A stretch of DNA of 64,000 nucleotides from an uncultured Pseudomonadota bacterium (GTDB lineage: Bacteria; Pseudomonadota; Alphaproteobacteria; Rs-D84): positions 20,535-84,534 of the forward strand of contig CASFOK010000001.1 of NCBI GenBank assembly GCA_949296475.1, in the 5' to 3' direction. The translations under genes were made by a program, and so were the position numbers. Shown here piece after piece: positions 29,419 through 39,295 of the stretch. Within the stretch, counting starts at the first letter, position 1; each line of letters starts with the position of its first letter. The notes under the pieces were generated by a model. That model worked only from the letters and a program-made list of their open reading frames with translations, ran no database searches and had not been told where the DNA came from.

Positions 29419-32112
29419 ATGAAAAAATCGCTTGTTTTTGTGTCGCTTATTGTTTGTTCAAGGGCGTATGCCACGGATGTAGATAATTTTACCGATTTTT
29501 ATAACGCGTATAAGAATTATGCGACAGAAAACAGCATAACTATAACAGGCGACATAACGTCAACGCGTTTAATCAGCGTACCCGGTGCAGAAAGTACGAT
29601 AATTAACGGGGGCGGTTTCGGTTTTGATGGCGGGGCATTTAACGGCTTTACGGTGTCAAGTGGGTATACAATGTCTTTGACGGACGGGGGCGGTTTTACT
29701 GTTTCTGGTCAAACGGCCAATGTGAATAGTTCTTTTAATAATTTTTATCAATCTGGACAAGGGGCGGTATTTGCAAACCTTGGTGGTAGTTTGACTGTAT
29801 CTAACTCTGCGTTTACAAATAATTCTGCACGTTTAGGGGGCAGCGTTTTTTATCAAAGTAATAATGCTACTTTGAACGTGTCGGATAGTGTTTTTGATAC
29901 TAACACCACAACGCGAAATGGCGGTGTAATATATACACAATACGGTACGAATGCGATTATAAACAACAGTTTTTTTCAGGGAAATTCAGCCAGTCAATAT
30001 GGAGGGGTTGCGTTTAATGACGGTAATTTGACTATATCTAATGGTGTGTTTGTTTCAAATACAGCATCAAGTGGTGCGGCGATATATAATTCTAATACGA
30101 TTACATTAAGCGATGTTTATTTCTCTGGAAACACCGGCAGTCAAGGCGGTGGTGCAATTTATAGCACGGGTATGATGAATCTTGAAAACGGTATATTTGA
30201 AAATAATACAGGTCAAACGGGCGGGGCGATTTCAAATTATGGCATAGTGGGTGATACTTTATATGCAGTGATAAAAAATGCTAGTTTTACAGGTAACAGT
30301 GCTACATACGGTGGTGCGGTGTATAATTGGGATGATATGTATATAATAGATAGCAGTTTTACAAATAATTCTGCAACAGATAATGGCGGTGCAATATTTA
30401 ATTTAAATGCGTTGTTTTTGATTGCTCAGAACGCGGATATCGTATTTAGCGGAAATACAGTATCCGGTGAATCTAATGCGATTTATTCGTCTGAATCGTT
30501 ATTTTTAAATGCGGCGCCACAATATCAGATAACTTTTAATGACAAGATTACAGGTTCTGGTTCGTTGATTGTGAACAGAGCATATGAACTGGAAAATGAT
30601 ACAATGCCAGCCGGAGGTACCATAGTTCTAAATGAAGATATGTCAGGGTTTACAGGGAACGTAACAATAGAATCCGGCATTGTAACAGTTACAGATAGCG
30701 GTAATTTTTTTAATGCAAACGATTTAACTGTTTCAGGTGGCGTTTTAAATTTAGGTTTAACAAATGCAACGGTTACTTCTGCAAACTTTCAATCTGGTGC
30801 GACTTTACGTTTGTCTGTTCAAGATGTGGATAATTATGGTTTTTTAACGGCGGATTCGTTTAATATATCTGAAAACGCCGCAATAGATGTGATTCTTGGC
30901 AGCAGTGCTATGGATGGCGTCAGTTCTCTGCGATTACAATTATTGCGCAGCAGTCAGGTTATAACGGATAATTTCTTTCCGGAAATAAGCAATAATATTT
31001 ATGATTTTATAAAACTTGGTAATGGTTGGTACGAAATTGTTCAATCAAGTTCAGTCTTGGATGTTATAAAAAACGCCGGAGGAACACAAAATAATGAAAA
31101 TACCGCGCTTGGATGGCAGGATATGTTGCTGACCGATAACAGCGTAACGAATGAAGTTTATGAAAAACTAAATGAGTTGGTTCAATTAGATGCGGTTGAG
31201 TATATAAAGGCGTTAACTGCTTTGGCGCCTTCACCTGCGCCACTGATGCAGATACTTGGTACTGCATATATTGATAGACTTGATAATATGGTGCACGATA
31301 GGCAAGAATATTACGTTGGTAACGGAATATTGTGGGGTTCGTTGTTTGGTTCGGGTGGTAAATTAAAAGAAAATAATTTTTATGCGGACTTTGATATACA
31401 TGGTTATGGTTTAGGCTTTGGTGCCGAATATAATTTTGATAATTGGGACGTTGGTGCCGCGTATACGTATCAGTACGATAAATTGGCAAGTTGGGCAAGG
31501 TCAATTATTGCGCCTACACATGGCATAGGGCTGTATGCAAAATATGATAACCGAAGTTTCATTTGGAATAATTATGCCGGTTTCTTTTATACGGATATGG
31601 ATGAAACGAAAAACGTTGCGGGAATACACTTGTTTGATAACACGGATGTTTATACAACTGGTGTGTGGTCTGACATAGGTTATGTTGTACCTGTTTATAA
31701 ACTAAATTTTATCCCTTACATAGGTACTCGGTACATGTCGGTGCATCGTGGTTCTTCTGTTGATACAGCAGGTCAAGAAATATCAAACGCAAATTTAGAT
31801 TTTTTAACCACGTATGCAAGATTGTCCGCAGAATACAATTTCAGTTATGACGATGAATTGACGATTACGCCTATAATAGAATTAGGGGCATCATATGATT
31901 GGCACGCGGCTGTTGAAGATATAAACGTGCTTATAATGGGAAATGAATATTCTATTGCTACACAACGTTTATCGCATTGGCAAACGTCCGGGGGCATAAA
32001 ACTAAAATTAGGTGTTGGTGAAGTTTACGACGTAACGTTCGGTGCAGATTTTTCCGTTAGACAAGGGTATTATAACTATTCTGGTAATATACACGGCGTT
32101 TTAAGGTTTTAG
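29419..32112 (+). CDS. autotransporter with Pmp-type (Chlam_PMP-like) repeat passenger and C-terminal beta-barrel
   Basis: Signal peptide MKKSLVFVSLIVCSRAYA. At least 8 FxxN...GGA[IVL][FY] repeats. The C-terminal roughly 280 aa is rich in alternating aromatics and ends in F (GVLRF). Confidence 0.75.
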   Translation: MKKSLVFVSLIVCSRAYATDVDNFTDFYNAYKNYATENSITITGDITSTRLISVPGAESTIINGGGFGFDGGAFNGFTVSSGYTMSLTDGGGFTVSGQTANVNSSFNNFYQSGQGAVFANLGGSLTVSNSAFTNNSARLGGSVFYQSNNATLNVSDSVFDTNTTTRNGGVIYTQYGTNAIINNSFFQGNSASQYGGVAFNDGNLTISNGVFVSNTASSGAAIYNSNTITLSDVYFSGNTGSQGGGAIYSTGMMNLENGIFENNTGQTGGAISNYGIVGDTLYAVIKNASFTGNSATYGGAVYNWDDMYIIDSSFTNNSATDNGGAIFNLNALFLIAQNADIVFSGNTVSGESNAIYSSESLFLNAAPQYQITFNDKITGSGSLIVNRAYELENDTMPAGGTIVLNEDMSGFTGNVTIESGIVTVTDSGNFFNANDLTVSGGVLNLGLTNATVTSANFQSGATLRLSVQDVDNYGFLTADSFNISENAAIDVILGSSAMDGVSSLRLQLLRSSQVITDNFFPEISNNIYDFIKLGNGWYEIVQSSSVLDVIKNAGGTQNNENTALGWQDMLLTDNSVTNEVYEKLNELVQLDAVEYIKALTALAPSPAPLMQILGTAYIDRLDNMVHDRQEYYVGNGILWGSLFGSGGKLKENNFYADFDIHGYGLGFGAEYNFDNWDVGAAYTYQYDKLASWARSIIAPTHGIGLYAKYDNRSFIWNNYAGFFYTDMDETKNVAGIHLFDNTDVYTTGVWSDIGYVVPVYKLNFIPYIGTRYMSVHRGSSVDTAGQEISNANLDFLTTYARLSAEYNFSYDDELTITPIIELGASYDWHAAVEDINVLIMGNEYSIATQRLSHWQTSGGIKLKLGVGEVYDVTFGADFSVRQGYYNYSGNIHGVLRF

Positions 32113-32122
32113 CGGCGTTCGT

Positions 32123-32159
32123 AAAAAAAATAGAACCGTCAACAATTACTTGTTGACGG
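32123..32159 (-). terminator. rho-independent terminator on the minus strand. It may also act bidirectionally.
   Basis: ccgtcaacaa-ttact-tgttgacgg hairpin followed by T8 on the minus strand. Confidence 0.6.
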
Positions 32160-32232
32160 CTGCTCCCTTCCTTCTGGTTCCCCAGAAACTGTTTAACATG
32201 CATGCCTTGTGATAACCGCGCTTGCGGGTATA

Positions 32233-32568
32233 TCAGGCAGCTTTTGCAATTTTATCTGTCGCGTTATTATCTGCGGCGTCTATGATTTTCTTTGCCTCTG
32301 AAAATACCATTTCTTTCACGCGCAGAGCCAAAGTTTTTGTTTCTAGGCTTTCTGCGGCGACATCAAAATTATCTGTTCTTATTTGTAGTGATACATACGC
32401 CCCAACCAAAGAATTGCGTGGCAAATCTTCAATAGAACGTGGCGCATTGTTTTGTCCGATTTGCAGTTCATCAGATAAAGATATTATCTGTCGGTCTTCG
32501 TTAACCCAAACTGTGGTTGTTAATACTTGGTTCAAGGCAATCATTATTTCTTTAATATTTTTTGACAT
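32233..32568 (-). CDS. hypothetical protein (111 aa)
   Basis: ORF with good RBS spacing and its own terminator. No recognised family. Confidence 0.45.
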   Translation of the reverse strand: MSKNIKEIMIALNQVLTTTVWVNEDRQIISLSDELQIGQNNAPRSIEDLPRNSLVGAYVSLQIRTDNFDVAAESLETKTLALRVKEMVFSEAKKIIDAADNNATDKIAKAA

Positions 32569-32862
32569 GCGCGGTTCCCTCCTTTTCGGGTTTTGTTTGA
32601 TTTAATCTTCGTTTGTATGTACATGGTGTATTTACAAATTCGGCGATTAAATTTTTTTGTTAATTTAATTTTTTTCCAGAAATCCGGGTTTTTAGCGGTT
32701 TTCTGAGGCTTTAAAACTTTTTCTCCTTGTCTATACCTAAATCTTAGAACAAAAACGAATCGCAGGTCAAGTGGAAAATGCATTTATTTTAATTTTATTT
32801 TAAAAAAGATGAATTTTACTCTTTAAACCATAAAATACCATAAAGTAATTATAAATTGTCAT

Positions 32863-32890
32863 TGACAACCATAAAAACACGTGCTAGATT
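32863..32890 (+). promoter_or_regulatory. sigma70-like promoter upstream of mraZ
   Basis: TTGACA-16nt-TAGATT. Confidence 0.4.
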
Positions 32891-32944
32891 TCATAAGAAC
32901 TCGGATAAGAAACAGGGCAGATGCCCGCAAACAGAGACCATAAA

Positions 32945-33394
32945 ATGTCATTGTTTCTCTCATCTTATGAAAATCGTTTGGATACCAAGGGGCGTATATC
33001 TGTACCGGCTTCTTTCCGGGCTTCAATTGCGTCAGACAGGTTTGCCGGCGTCGTGTTATATCGGTCCTTTACCCATAAGTGCATAGAAGGTTTGTCTATG
33101 TCTCGGATGGAGCAATTGGCCACCGCAACGGATAAAATGGGTGTTTTTGATGACGGCTTAGACGATTTATCTGCCATGTTGTTTGCGGATGCCAGACCTT
33201 TGACTTTTGATGTCACAGGGCGCATCGTAATACCGAACGATTTATTGCGCTATGCGGGAATAAAAGATACCGCCGTGTTTGTTGGGCGCGGTAACAGTTT
33301 TCAGATATGGAATCCTGCTGAATTTGAAAAAATACAGGCCAAAGCATTGGATAATTTGCGCAAAGCAAAACCAAATTTAATAATCGGGCAATAA
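32945..33394 (+). CDS. mraZ: transcriptional regulator MraZ. It is orphan: rsmH and the dcw genes do not follow.
   Basis: Two DxxGR motifs (DTKGRISVP and DVTGRIVIP). The ORF could also start at 32921. Confidence 0.8.
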   Translation: MSLFLSSYENRLDTKGRISVPASFRASIASDRFAGVVLYRSFTHKCIEGLSMSRMEQLATATDKMGVFDDGLDDLSAMLFADARPLTFDVTGRIVIPNDLLRYAGIKDTAVFVGRGNSFQIWNPAEFEKIQAKALDNLRKAKPNLIIGQ

Positions 33395-33462
33395 TTATTT
33401 TTATATAAATTATATATGTTGATATAAAGTTAGAAATTGCAGATTCAATTAAATCATAATCA

Positions 33463-33487
33463 AAAAATCCCCAAATGGGGATTTTTT
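33463..33487. terminator. bidirectional terminator between convergent mraZ and the 785-aa gene
   Basis: aaaaatcccc-aaat-ggggatttttt. Confidence 0.65.
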
Positions 33488-35843
33488 AGGGTTCTTCATC
33501 AGGGTCACATGTGTTTGTTTCGGAATTATATGTCCCCGTGTTGCATACGCAACTTGGATAAGTCCCTGTTGAATCAGCCGGGCAAGTGGTTGTCACAGCG
33601 TCTGCGTCACATGTGTTGGTTCTTTGGTTATAAGTATATCCTGCATTGCACTGACAGTTAGGATATTTTGAACCCGCTTGTGCGTTTGCCGTCGGGCATG
33701 ACATACATACGTTAGATGTTGGTATATATGTTGCCGATGAACTGGTGCAAACACAATCTGGGTAAGTACCACTTGCATTAGAAGGACAAGTCGGATTTGA
33801 TAATACCTGACCAACCCAGTTTGCCATATCAGAAACGCTTGTTCCTGTTGCGCCTGTTGCAGACATACATGTGGTTATATTGGCTTTACATGCGTTGATA
33901 GCGATGTTTATGCTTGTTGGATTTAATGTATTATAATTATTCTGTGCCAAGCAAGAAGATACGTCTGTTATACATGTTTCTGCATATTCTGATAACAACG
34001 AGTCTTGGGCAGACTTAATTTGTATCAGCGTGCGGTTCAAGAACTCTTTTATCACGTTGTTTGTCGGATTGTATTTCAGGTTTTGACCCGTGCCAGTATA
34101 AGTAATATCTTGGCATTTGTTTAATACAGACATGCACATGCCGTAATTTTTGCCGTCTTTGTCGTCGTGGTATCCGATTTTGTTTTGTAAAAATGCGGAC
34201 ATATTTGTAGACGGACTTTGTGAAGCGTTGGCAGTAACCGTGTTTGTTATGTATTCGCTTAGTAAGCCTGAATCACCCCAAGCATTTTTATTGTTATCGT
34301 ATGTCCATGTTTGATATATTTCACCGTTGTCAACGTCACCTGGAACGCCTGGTTTGCTGCCGATGACTATTTCGCCGTTTACGATAAACTTACCTGTTGG
34401 ATCCAAACAGTTTTCATAATCGCTGCCACAGACAAAGTCGTCCTGCATGCAAGAATCCAACGCATTTACGCAACCGCGTAAATCATAAGCGTTCTTTTGT
34501 TGTGCAACCAATAAACGTGCCTTTTGTAAAACGCTTTTTGCGTTTCTGACGGTCGCGCTCATTTGGTCATTAGAATCAGTTAAACTGCGTTCATATATGA
34601 TACATTGCTTATCAATTTCCAAATCATACGAATTTGTTATGACCGTGATATCAACGCCTTGGGCTGCGCAACTGTTTAATACAGATGCTTTACAACGAGC
34701 CGCCGCCGTTTTATACAGTTGTTCGCCACGTTGATTGCTGATGCTGCTGGTGTCCGAAGAAGTGCCCAGTAATGCCCCTAAATCAAAACCAGTGCTGTCA
34801 ATCGTAAAGTCCAGTAACCCTGTTAAGTCCAGACTTAAACCGCTGGTCGTTGTAGAAGATGCTTTTCCTGTTTCAACGTCAATAATCATCTTTTTGATTT
34901 TGTCCAGGTCGTTTTTCAGCTGAGTATTATCAGTTGTCGTCTGCATTTCTAATTCAGCCTCGGTCTGTGTGAACAGCGTTTCTATTTCATCGGAACTTAG
35001 ACCTATGTATTGGATTTTTTGGGCGACGTCTTGCAGTTCTTCGGTTGCTTGTTTCAAAGCAGCCTCTGTTTCTGCGTAATTTTTCAAGTTCGCACTGCAA
35101 CTGCAACGACCTTGGTTATCATCTAATACGTTACAGAAGTTATCCATACAAGAGGTATATTGTGCCTTACAAAAATCTGTAATCTGTGCCAATTCATCTA
35201 ACGACATGCTGGAAGAAGTATCCGTCGTGGTTGTAGTTGTTGTCCCAGCGCGAATCGTCGGGGTGCGCGAACGAACAGCAGACGTACTTGTTCCTACGCG
35301 GCTGCTAACGTACAAGGGGGTTGCAACGGTGTCGGTCTGAACAATTGATGCTCTTGCATTTTGTGCCCTGTTATTATTGGTAGAACTTTGGCGCGTTGTC
35401 ACTGTCTGCACGGGCGCAATAGAACGAGCAGAAGTAGTCGCGGTACTTCCTGTTGTCGTTGGACGCCCAGACGATACCGTTCTTGTTGAAGTTGCGGTGT
35501 TAACCGTGTTCGTTGCTGTCGTTCTTGCAGTAACTGTACGCGCCGGTGAAACTGTTCTTGTTGTTGTGGTATTGCGACTGCTTGTCGTGCTAGTAGAAGG
35601 GATTGCACGTGAAGCCGTTATTCTACCTGTTGCAGTACGCGGACTTACAGATGTTGTCGTAACAGGAACAACCGGGGCCGCTTGCTTTGTTTCTGTTTTT
35701 TCTTCTGCGACCTGTTCTTCCTCGGCAGGTGCAGAGTATTCGTCAGAATACTCCATCACTTCTTCGTAATAATAAGCAGGTGCAACCTCGGCAAAAGCGG
35801 GTAAAACCAACAAGCCACTAAGTACTGCGATAAATCTTTTCAT
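33486..35843 (-). CDS. secreted 785-aa protein. It has a signal peptide, an acidic stretch, a roughly 190-aa Thr/Ser/Arg-rich low-complexity region, a coiled-coil-like segment, and a large Cys-rich C-terminal region with 3 tandem roughly 26-aa Cys repeats.
   Basis: MKRFIAVLSGLLVLPAFA signal peptide. The region RTVSPARTVTARTTATN... Repeats of the form G[ST]YPxCxCxxG.TYN..TNTCD. Confidence 0.7.
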   Translation of the reverse strand: MKRFIAVLSGLLVLPAFAEVAPAYYYEEVMEYSDEYSAPAEEEQVAEEKTETKQAAPVVPVTTTSVSPRTATGRITASRAIPSTSTTSSRNTTTTRTVSPARTVTARTTATNTVNTATSTRTVSSGRPTTTGSTATTSARSIAPVQTVTTRQSSTNNNRAQNARASIVQTDTVATPLYVSSRVGTSTSAVRSRTPTIRAGTTTTTTTDTSSSMSLDELAQITDFCKAQYTSCMDNFCNVLDDNQGRCSCSANLKNYAETEAALKQATEELQDVAQKIQYIGLSSDEIETLFTQTEAELEMQTTTDNTQLKNDLDKIKKMIIDVETGKASSTTTSGLSLDLTGLLDFTIDSTGFDLGALLGTSSDTSSISNQRGEQLYKTAAARCKASVLNSCAAQGVDITVITNSYDLEIDKQCIIYERSLTDSNDQMSATVRNAKSVLQKARLLVAQQKNAYDLRGCVNALDSCMQDDFVCGSDYENCLDPTGKFIVNGEIVIGSKPGVPGDVDNGEIYQTWTYDNNKNAWGDSGLLSEYITNTVTANASQSPSTNMSAFLQNKIGYHDDKDGKNYGMCMSVLNKCQDITYTGTGQNLKYNPTNNVIKEFLNRTLIQIKSAQDSLLSEYAETCITDVSSCLAQNNYNTLNPTSINIAINACKANITTCMSATGATGTSVSDMANWVGQVLSNPTCPSNASGTYPDCVCTSSSATYIPTSNVCMSCPTANAQAGSKYPNCQCNAGYTYNQRTNTCDADAVTTTCPADSTGTYPSCVCNTGTYNSETNTCDPDEEP

Positions 35844-35918
35844 AGCGAAAACTTCCCTTCTATTGTATTGATTTTATCACATTACGCTAATTATCGCAAA
35901 CAAAAAAACAGTATTAAT

Positions 35919-36956
35919 TTATTTTTTTATCTGGTATTTGTTGTTCGCGTTCAGTTGCCATTTCCAAGCGCTTTGCAGCGTTTCTGTCAATGTTCTTTTT
36001 GCTGACCAACCCAGTTTTTCTTTTGCTAAATCGGCATTTGCCCATAATTCTGGAACGTCCCCGGGGCGTCTGTTTGTAATTTCATACGCTACTTTTTGTC
36101 CGGTTGCGCTTTCAAACGCGTTTATCAGTTCCATTACCGACAAACCGCGACCTGTTCCAAGATTAAAAATCTCAAGTCTTGTTTCATGTTCCAGCATATA
36201 ATTTAAAGCGCAAACGTGCGCGTCTGCAACATCGTTGACATCAATATAATCGCGTATGCAAAAGCCGTCGCGTGTCGGATAGTCGTTACCAAATACGCTC
36301 AGTTTTTTCCTTATTCCTGCAACCGTTTGTGTTATATACGGCATCAAGTTATTTGGGACCCCCAGTGGTAATTCACCGATTTTTCCCGACGGGTGTGCGC
36401 CAATTGGATTAAAGTATCTAAGAATTACCGCGTGCATGTTTGATTGCGACTTAATTGCGTCTTTTATTATTGTTTCGCCGATTACTTTTGTTGCCCCATA
36501 AGGCGACGTGGCGGGCTGTAATGGCGTTTTTTCTGTAACGGGTAATGTTTCCGGTTCGCCGTAAACGCAAGCCGACGAAGAAAATACAAAGTTTGGTATG
36601 TTGAATTTTTTCATCATACATAAAACGTTTATCAAACTAAATAAATTGTTTTTATAATATTGCAACGGTTGTTGCACAGACTCGCCAACCGCTTTCAAGG
36701 CGGCAAAATGTATTACGCCGACAGAATCTGTGTTTTCAGCAAAAATTTGTTCTAGTTGTTCGGCGTTTGTGCAATCAACTTGTTTAAAATTGGGTTGCAC
36801 GTTTGTTATTTCTTTTATTTGATGAATGACGTCTGCGTGTGAATTACATAAGTTGTCTAGTATAAGAACGTCAAAACCACTTTGTTGCAGTGCAACAGCA
36901 GTATGAGAACCTATGTAACCGCAACCGCCGGTTATGATAATTTTTTTATTTTGCAT
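35919..36956 (-). CDS. galE: UDP-glucose 4-epimerase
   Basis: GGCGYIGSH Rossmann motif and YxxxK. Full-length GalE similarity. Confidence 0.85.
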   Translation of the reverse strand: MQNKKIIITGGCGYIGSHTAVALQQSGFDVLILDNLCNSHADVIHQIKEITNVQPNFKQVDCTNAEQLEQIFAENTDSVGVIHFAALKAVGESVQQPLQYYKNNLFSLINVLCMMKKFNIPNFVFSSSACVYGEPETLPVTEKTPLQPATSPYGATKVIGETIIKDAIKSQSNMHAVILRYFNPIGAHPSGKIGELPLGVPNNLMPYITQTVAGIRKKLSVFGNDYPTRDGFCIRDYIDVNDVADAHVCALNYMLEHETRLEIFNLGTGRGLSVMELINAFESATGQKVAYEITNRRPGDVPELWANADLAKEKLGWSAKRTLTETLQSAWKWQLNANNKYQIKK

Positions 36957-37108
36957 TGTTTATAAACTTCCTTTTTTGCTGTTTAAGTATACAATAAAAA
37001 ATAATATCGTTCCAAGAAAATATTCCTGATTATTAAATTTTTTAATGAAATTGACTTGTAAAACTAAATAATGTTATATATAATCCCAAGCACAAGGTAA
37101 AAATATAA

Positions 37109-38695
37109 TTGTCAGTATTAAAAAAAGTTTCTTTATTTGTATTTTCGTTACCGTTCATAGGTTGTACAACGGTCCCTACGACCATGTACGATAAGCGATT
37201 AGAGAATTATACCCCAAAAATCACAACCGAAGATTTTAACTATGATCCCATGCAAACGCCCATTGCGCAATGTTATGTGAAAGAGTTAAATGCCGCAGAA
37301 GACGTCAGTGGCGCAACATTGATAGAAGACGGGTTGTCGGCTTTTGTCATCAGGGCTGCCTTTGCGCGTATGGCGACCAAGACAATTGATTTACAGACTT
37401 ACATTTATAGTAATGACTTTTCTTCCAAGGTATTAATCGGTGAACTAAAAAACGCTGCTGACCGTGGGGTCAAGGTCAGGATTTTATTAGACGACTATGG
37501 AACAAAATCAGATATTGCAGATGTTATGTTATTAAACCAGCATCCGAATATAGAAGTAAAGGTTTTTAATACTGTTGCGTACAGGTCAAAGTTACTTTAT
37601 TATCCGCAGTTTTTATTGGATTTTAATCGTTTAAATTCTAGAATGCACAATAAGTTATTTATCGTGGATAATGTGGCGTATATTACCGGCGGTAGAAATG
37701 TAGGCAGTAATTATTTTTATCCCGAAACCGCGTCTAATTTTTCTGACACGGACGTTTTATTTATCGGCGACATGACAAAATATGCGACGGCCAGTTTTGA
37801 TGAATATTGGAACTATCATTTATCTATTCCCGCGTCTGTTTTTCCAAAGGCGAAATCAAAAAAGGCGATGCGTAAGTTAGAGAAAAAATTTGCCGAAATA
37901 GAAAGAAAAAGTAAAGACGCAATTAATCAATATAACAAGATTATCTCGTTGGCACAATGCGAGTATAAAAAGAAACAATTTGATTTCAGTTGGGGACGCG
38001 GTAAATTCCTTGCGGATCCTCCTTCAAAGGTAGAAATGTCAATGCGCGAAAAAGAAGAATATCGTGGTGACATCATCAGGGCGCTACAAAAACTTTGGGA
38101 TGAAACAGAAAATTCTGTATATTTGTCCGCAGCATATTTTGTCCCAGGGCAAGGCGGACTAGAGCATATGTTACGCGAAGAAAAATCTGGTGTTCATATG
38201 ACGATTGTGACGAATTCGCTGGCGTCTACGAACGCACCTACGGTTTATGCAAAATGGGAAAAATATAGAGAGCAACTGATAGAGTCTGGCGCAGATGTTT
38301 ACGAATTTATGTTGTCGGCTGAAAATTTGCGTGGCAAAGAACATGACCGGGAAAGAAAGCAGTCAAGTTTTTCCGTGCTTCACAGCAAGACGATTGTTTT
38401 TGATGACGACATTTCTTGGATTGGCAGTTTCAATCTGGACCCGCGTAGCGCGTATTATAACACGGAAAACGTCGCTGTTTTTGAAAGTAAAGAATTTGCC
38501 GATAAGTTACGCGAAATGATTATCAAGGATACAAAAACATCGTGGCATGTCACCATGGAAGATGGTGACCCTATATGGACAGGCAGCAGACCAGGCGACA
38601 AGAAACCGCGCGTGTATCATAAATCACCAGATACAAGTATATTCAGACGTATTTGGAAAAATATGACGAATTTGGTACCAGAAAAGTTTGTGTGA
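37109..38695 (+). CDS. phospholipase D superfamily lipoprotein (two HKD motifs)
   Basis: Lipobox LPFIGC. HNKLFIVDN and HSKTIVFDD motifs. TTG start at 37109. Confidence 0.75.
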   Translation: MSVLKKVSLFVFSLPFIGCTTVPTTMYDKRLENYTPKITTEDFNYDPMQTPIAQCYVKELNAAEDVSGATLIEDGLSAFVIRAAFARMATKTIDLQTYIYSNDFSSKVLIGELKNAADRGVKVRILLDDYGTKSDIADVMLLNQHPNIEVKVFNTVAYRSKLLYYPQFLLDFNRLNSRMHNKLFIVDNVAYITGGRNVGSNYFYPETASNFSDTDVLFIGDMTKYATASFDEYWNYHLSIPASVFPKAKSKKAMRKLEKKFAEIERKSKDAINQYNKIISLAQCEYKKKQFDFSWGRGKFLADPPSKVEMSMREKEEYRGDIIRALQKLWDETENSVYLSAAYFVPGQGGLEHMLREEKSGVHMTIVTNSLASTNAPTVYAKWEKYREQLIESGADVYEFMLSAENLRGKEHDRERKQSSFSVLHSKTIVFDDDISWIGSFNLDPRSAYYNTENVAVFESKEFADKLREMIIKDTKTSWHVTMEDGDPIWTGSRPGDKKPRVYHKSPDTSIFRRIWKNMTNLVPEKFV

Positions 38696-38944
38696 TAAAA
38701 TTAACCCGGGTAATTTCGGGTTATTTTTTTAATTTACATTTTTTTGCGTTTTTATCAGCAATAGACAAAGCAATGGCAACTGCTTGTTTGTGTGGTTTGC
38801 CTGCCTTCATTTCTGTTCGTATGTTTTCTGATATTGCTTTCTTTGAACAACCTTTGATGATTGGCATATTTTACCTCTTGTTATGATGCAATAATTGTAT
38901 CATAAAATCGTATAGACAAAGGATAAGAATAATGTCTGATTATT

Positions 38945-39274
38945 TTAATGATGTGCGAACAAATGTAAAATCAGGCTGATAAAAAATATGACCGTAATGA
39001 TTCCAAGTATTATTTTTTGTGTTCTGTGACCACCGTGTTCGTGGCAATGCTCGCAGTCACATTTGCAGTCGCGTAATACAAGATACCACGATAAAACAAG
39101 CATGACGGCAGAAAACACAAACAACCAAGGCTCAAACCAATGAGGAATAAATTCTGCGTGCGCAAATTCCGGCGCAAATAAAGATATGACAGATAACACT
39201 ATTGGCAGAACGCAACAAAATAAATGCGGTAAAATACTTGCGATGATTCCAAGTTTTATGGCTTTGTTTTTCAT
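38945..39274 (-). CDS. MerT-like small membrane metal-transport protein (orphan)
   Basis: FCCVLP in TM1 and a cytoplasmic CKCDCEHCHEH cluster. Start at MKNK is chosen to avoid overlap with the tRNA. Confidence 0.5.
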   Translation of the reverse strand: MKNKAIKLGIIASILPHLFCCVLPIVLSVISLFAPEFAHAEFIPHWFEPWLFVFSAVMLVLSWYLVLRDCKCDCEHCHEHGGHRTQKIILGIITVIFFISLILHLFAHH

Positions 39275-39295
39275 GTTGAAAACCCTTGAATTTCT

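Noticed and set aside
35377-35769. Plus-strand 130-aa Val/Ala-rich ORF, and the 35399-35608 minus-frame Q/R-rich ORF
   Set aside because: Alternate-frame artefacts of the Thr-rich low-complexity region of the 785-aa gene.
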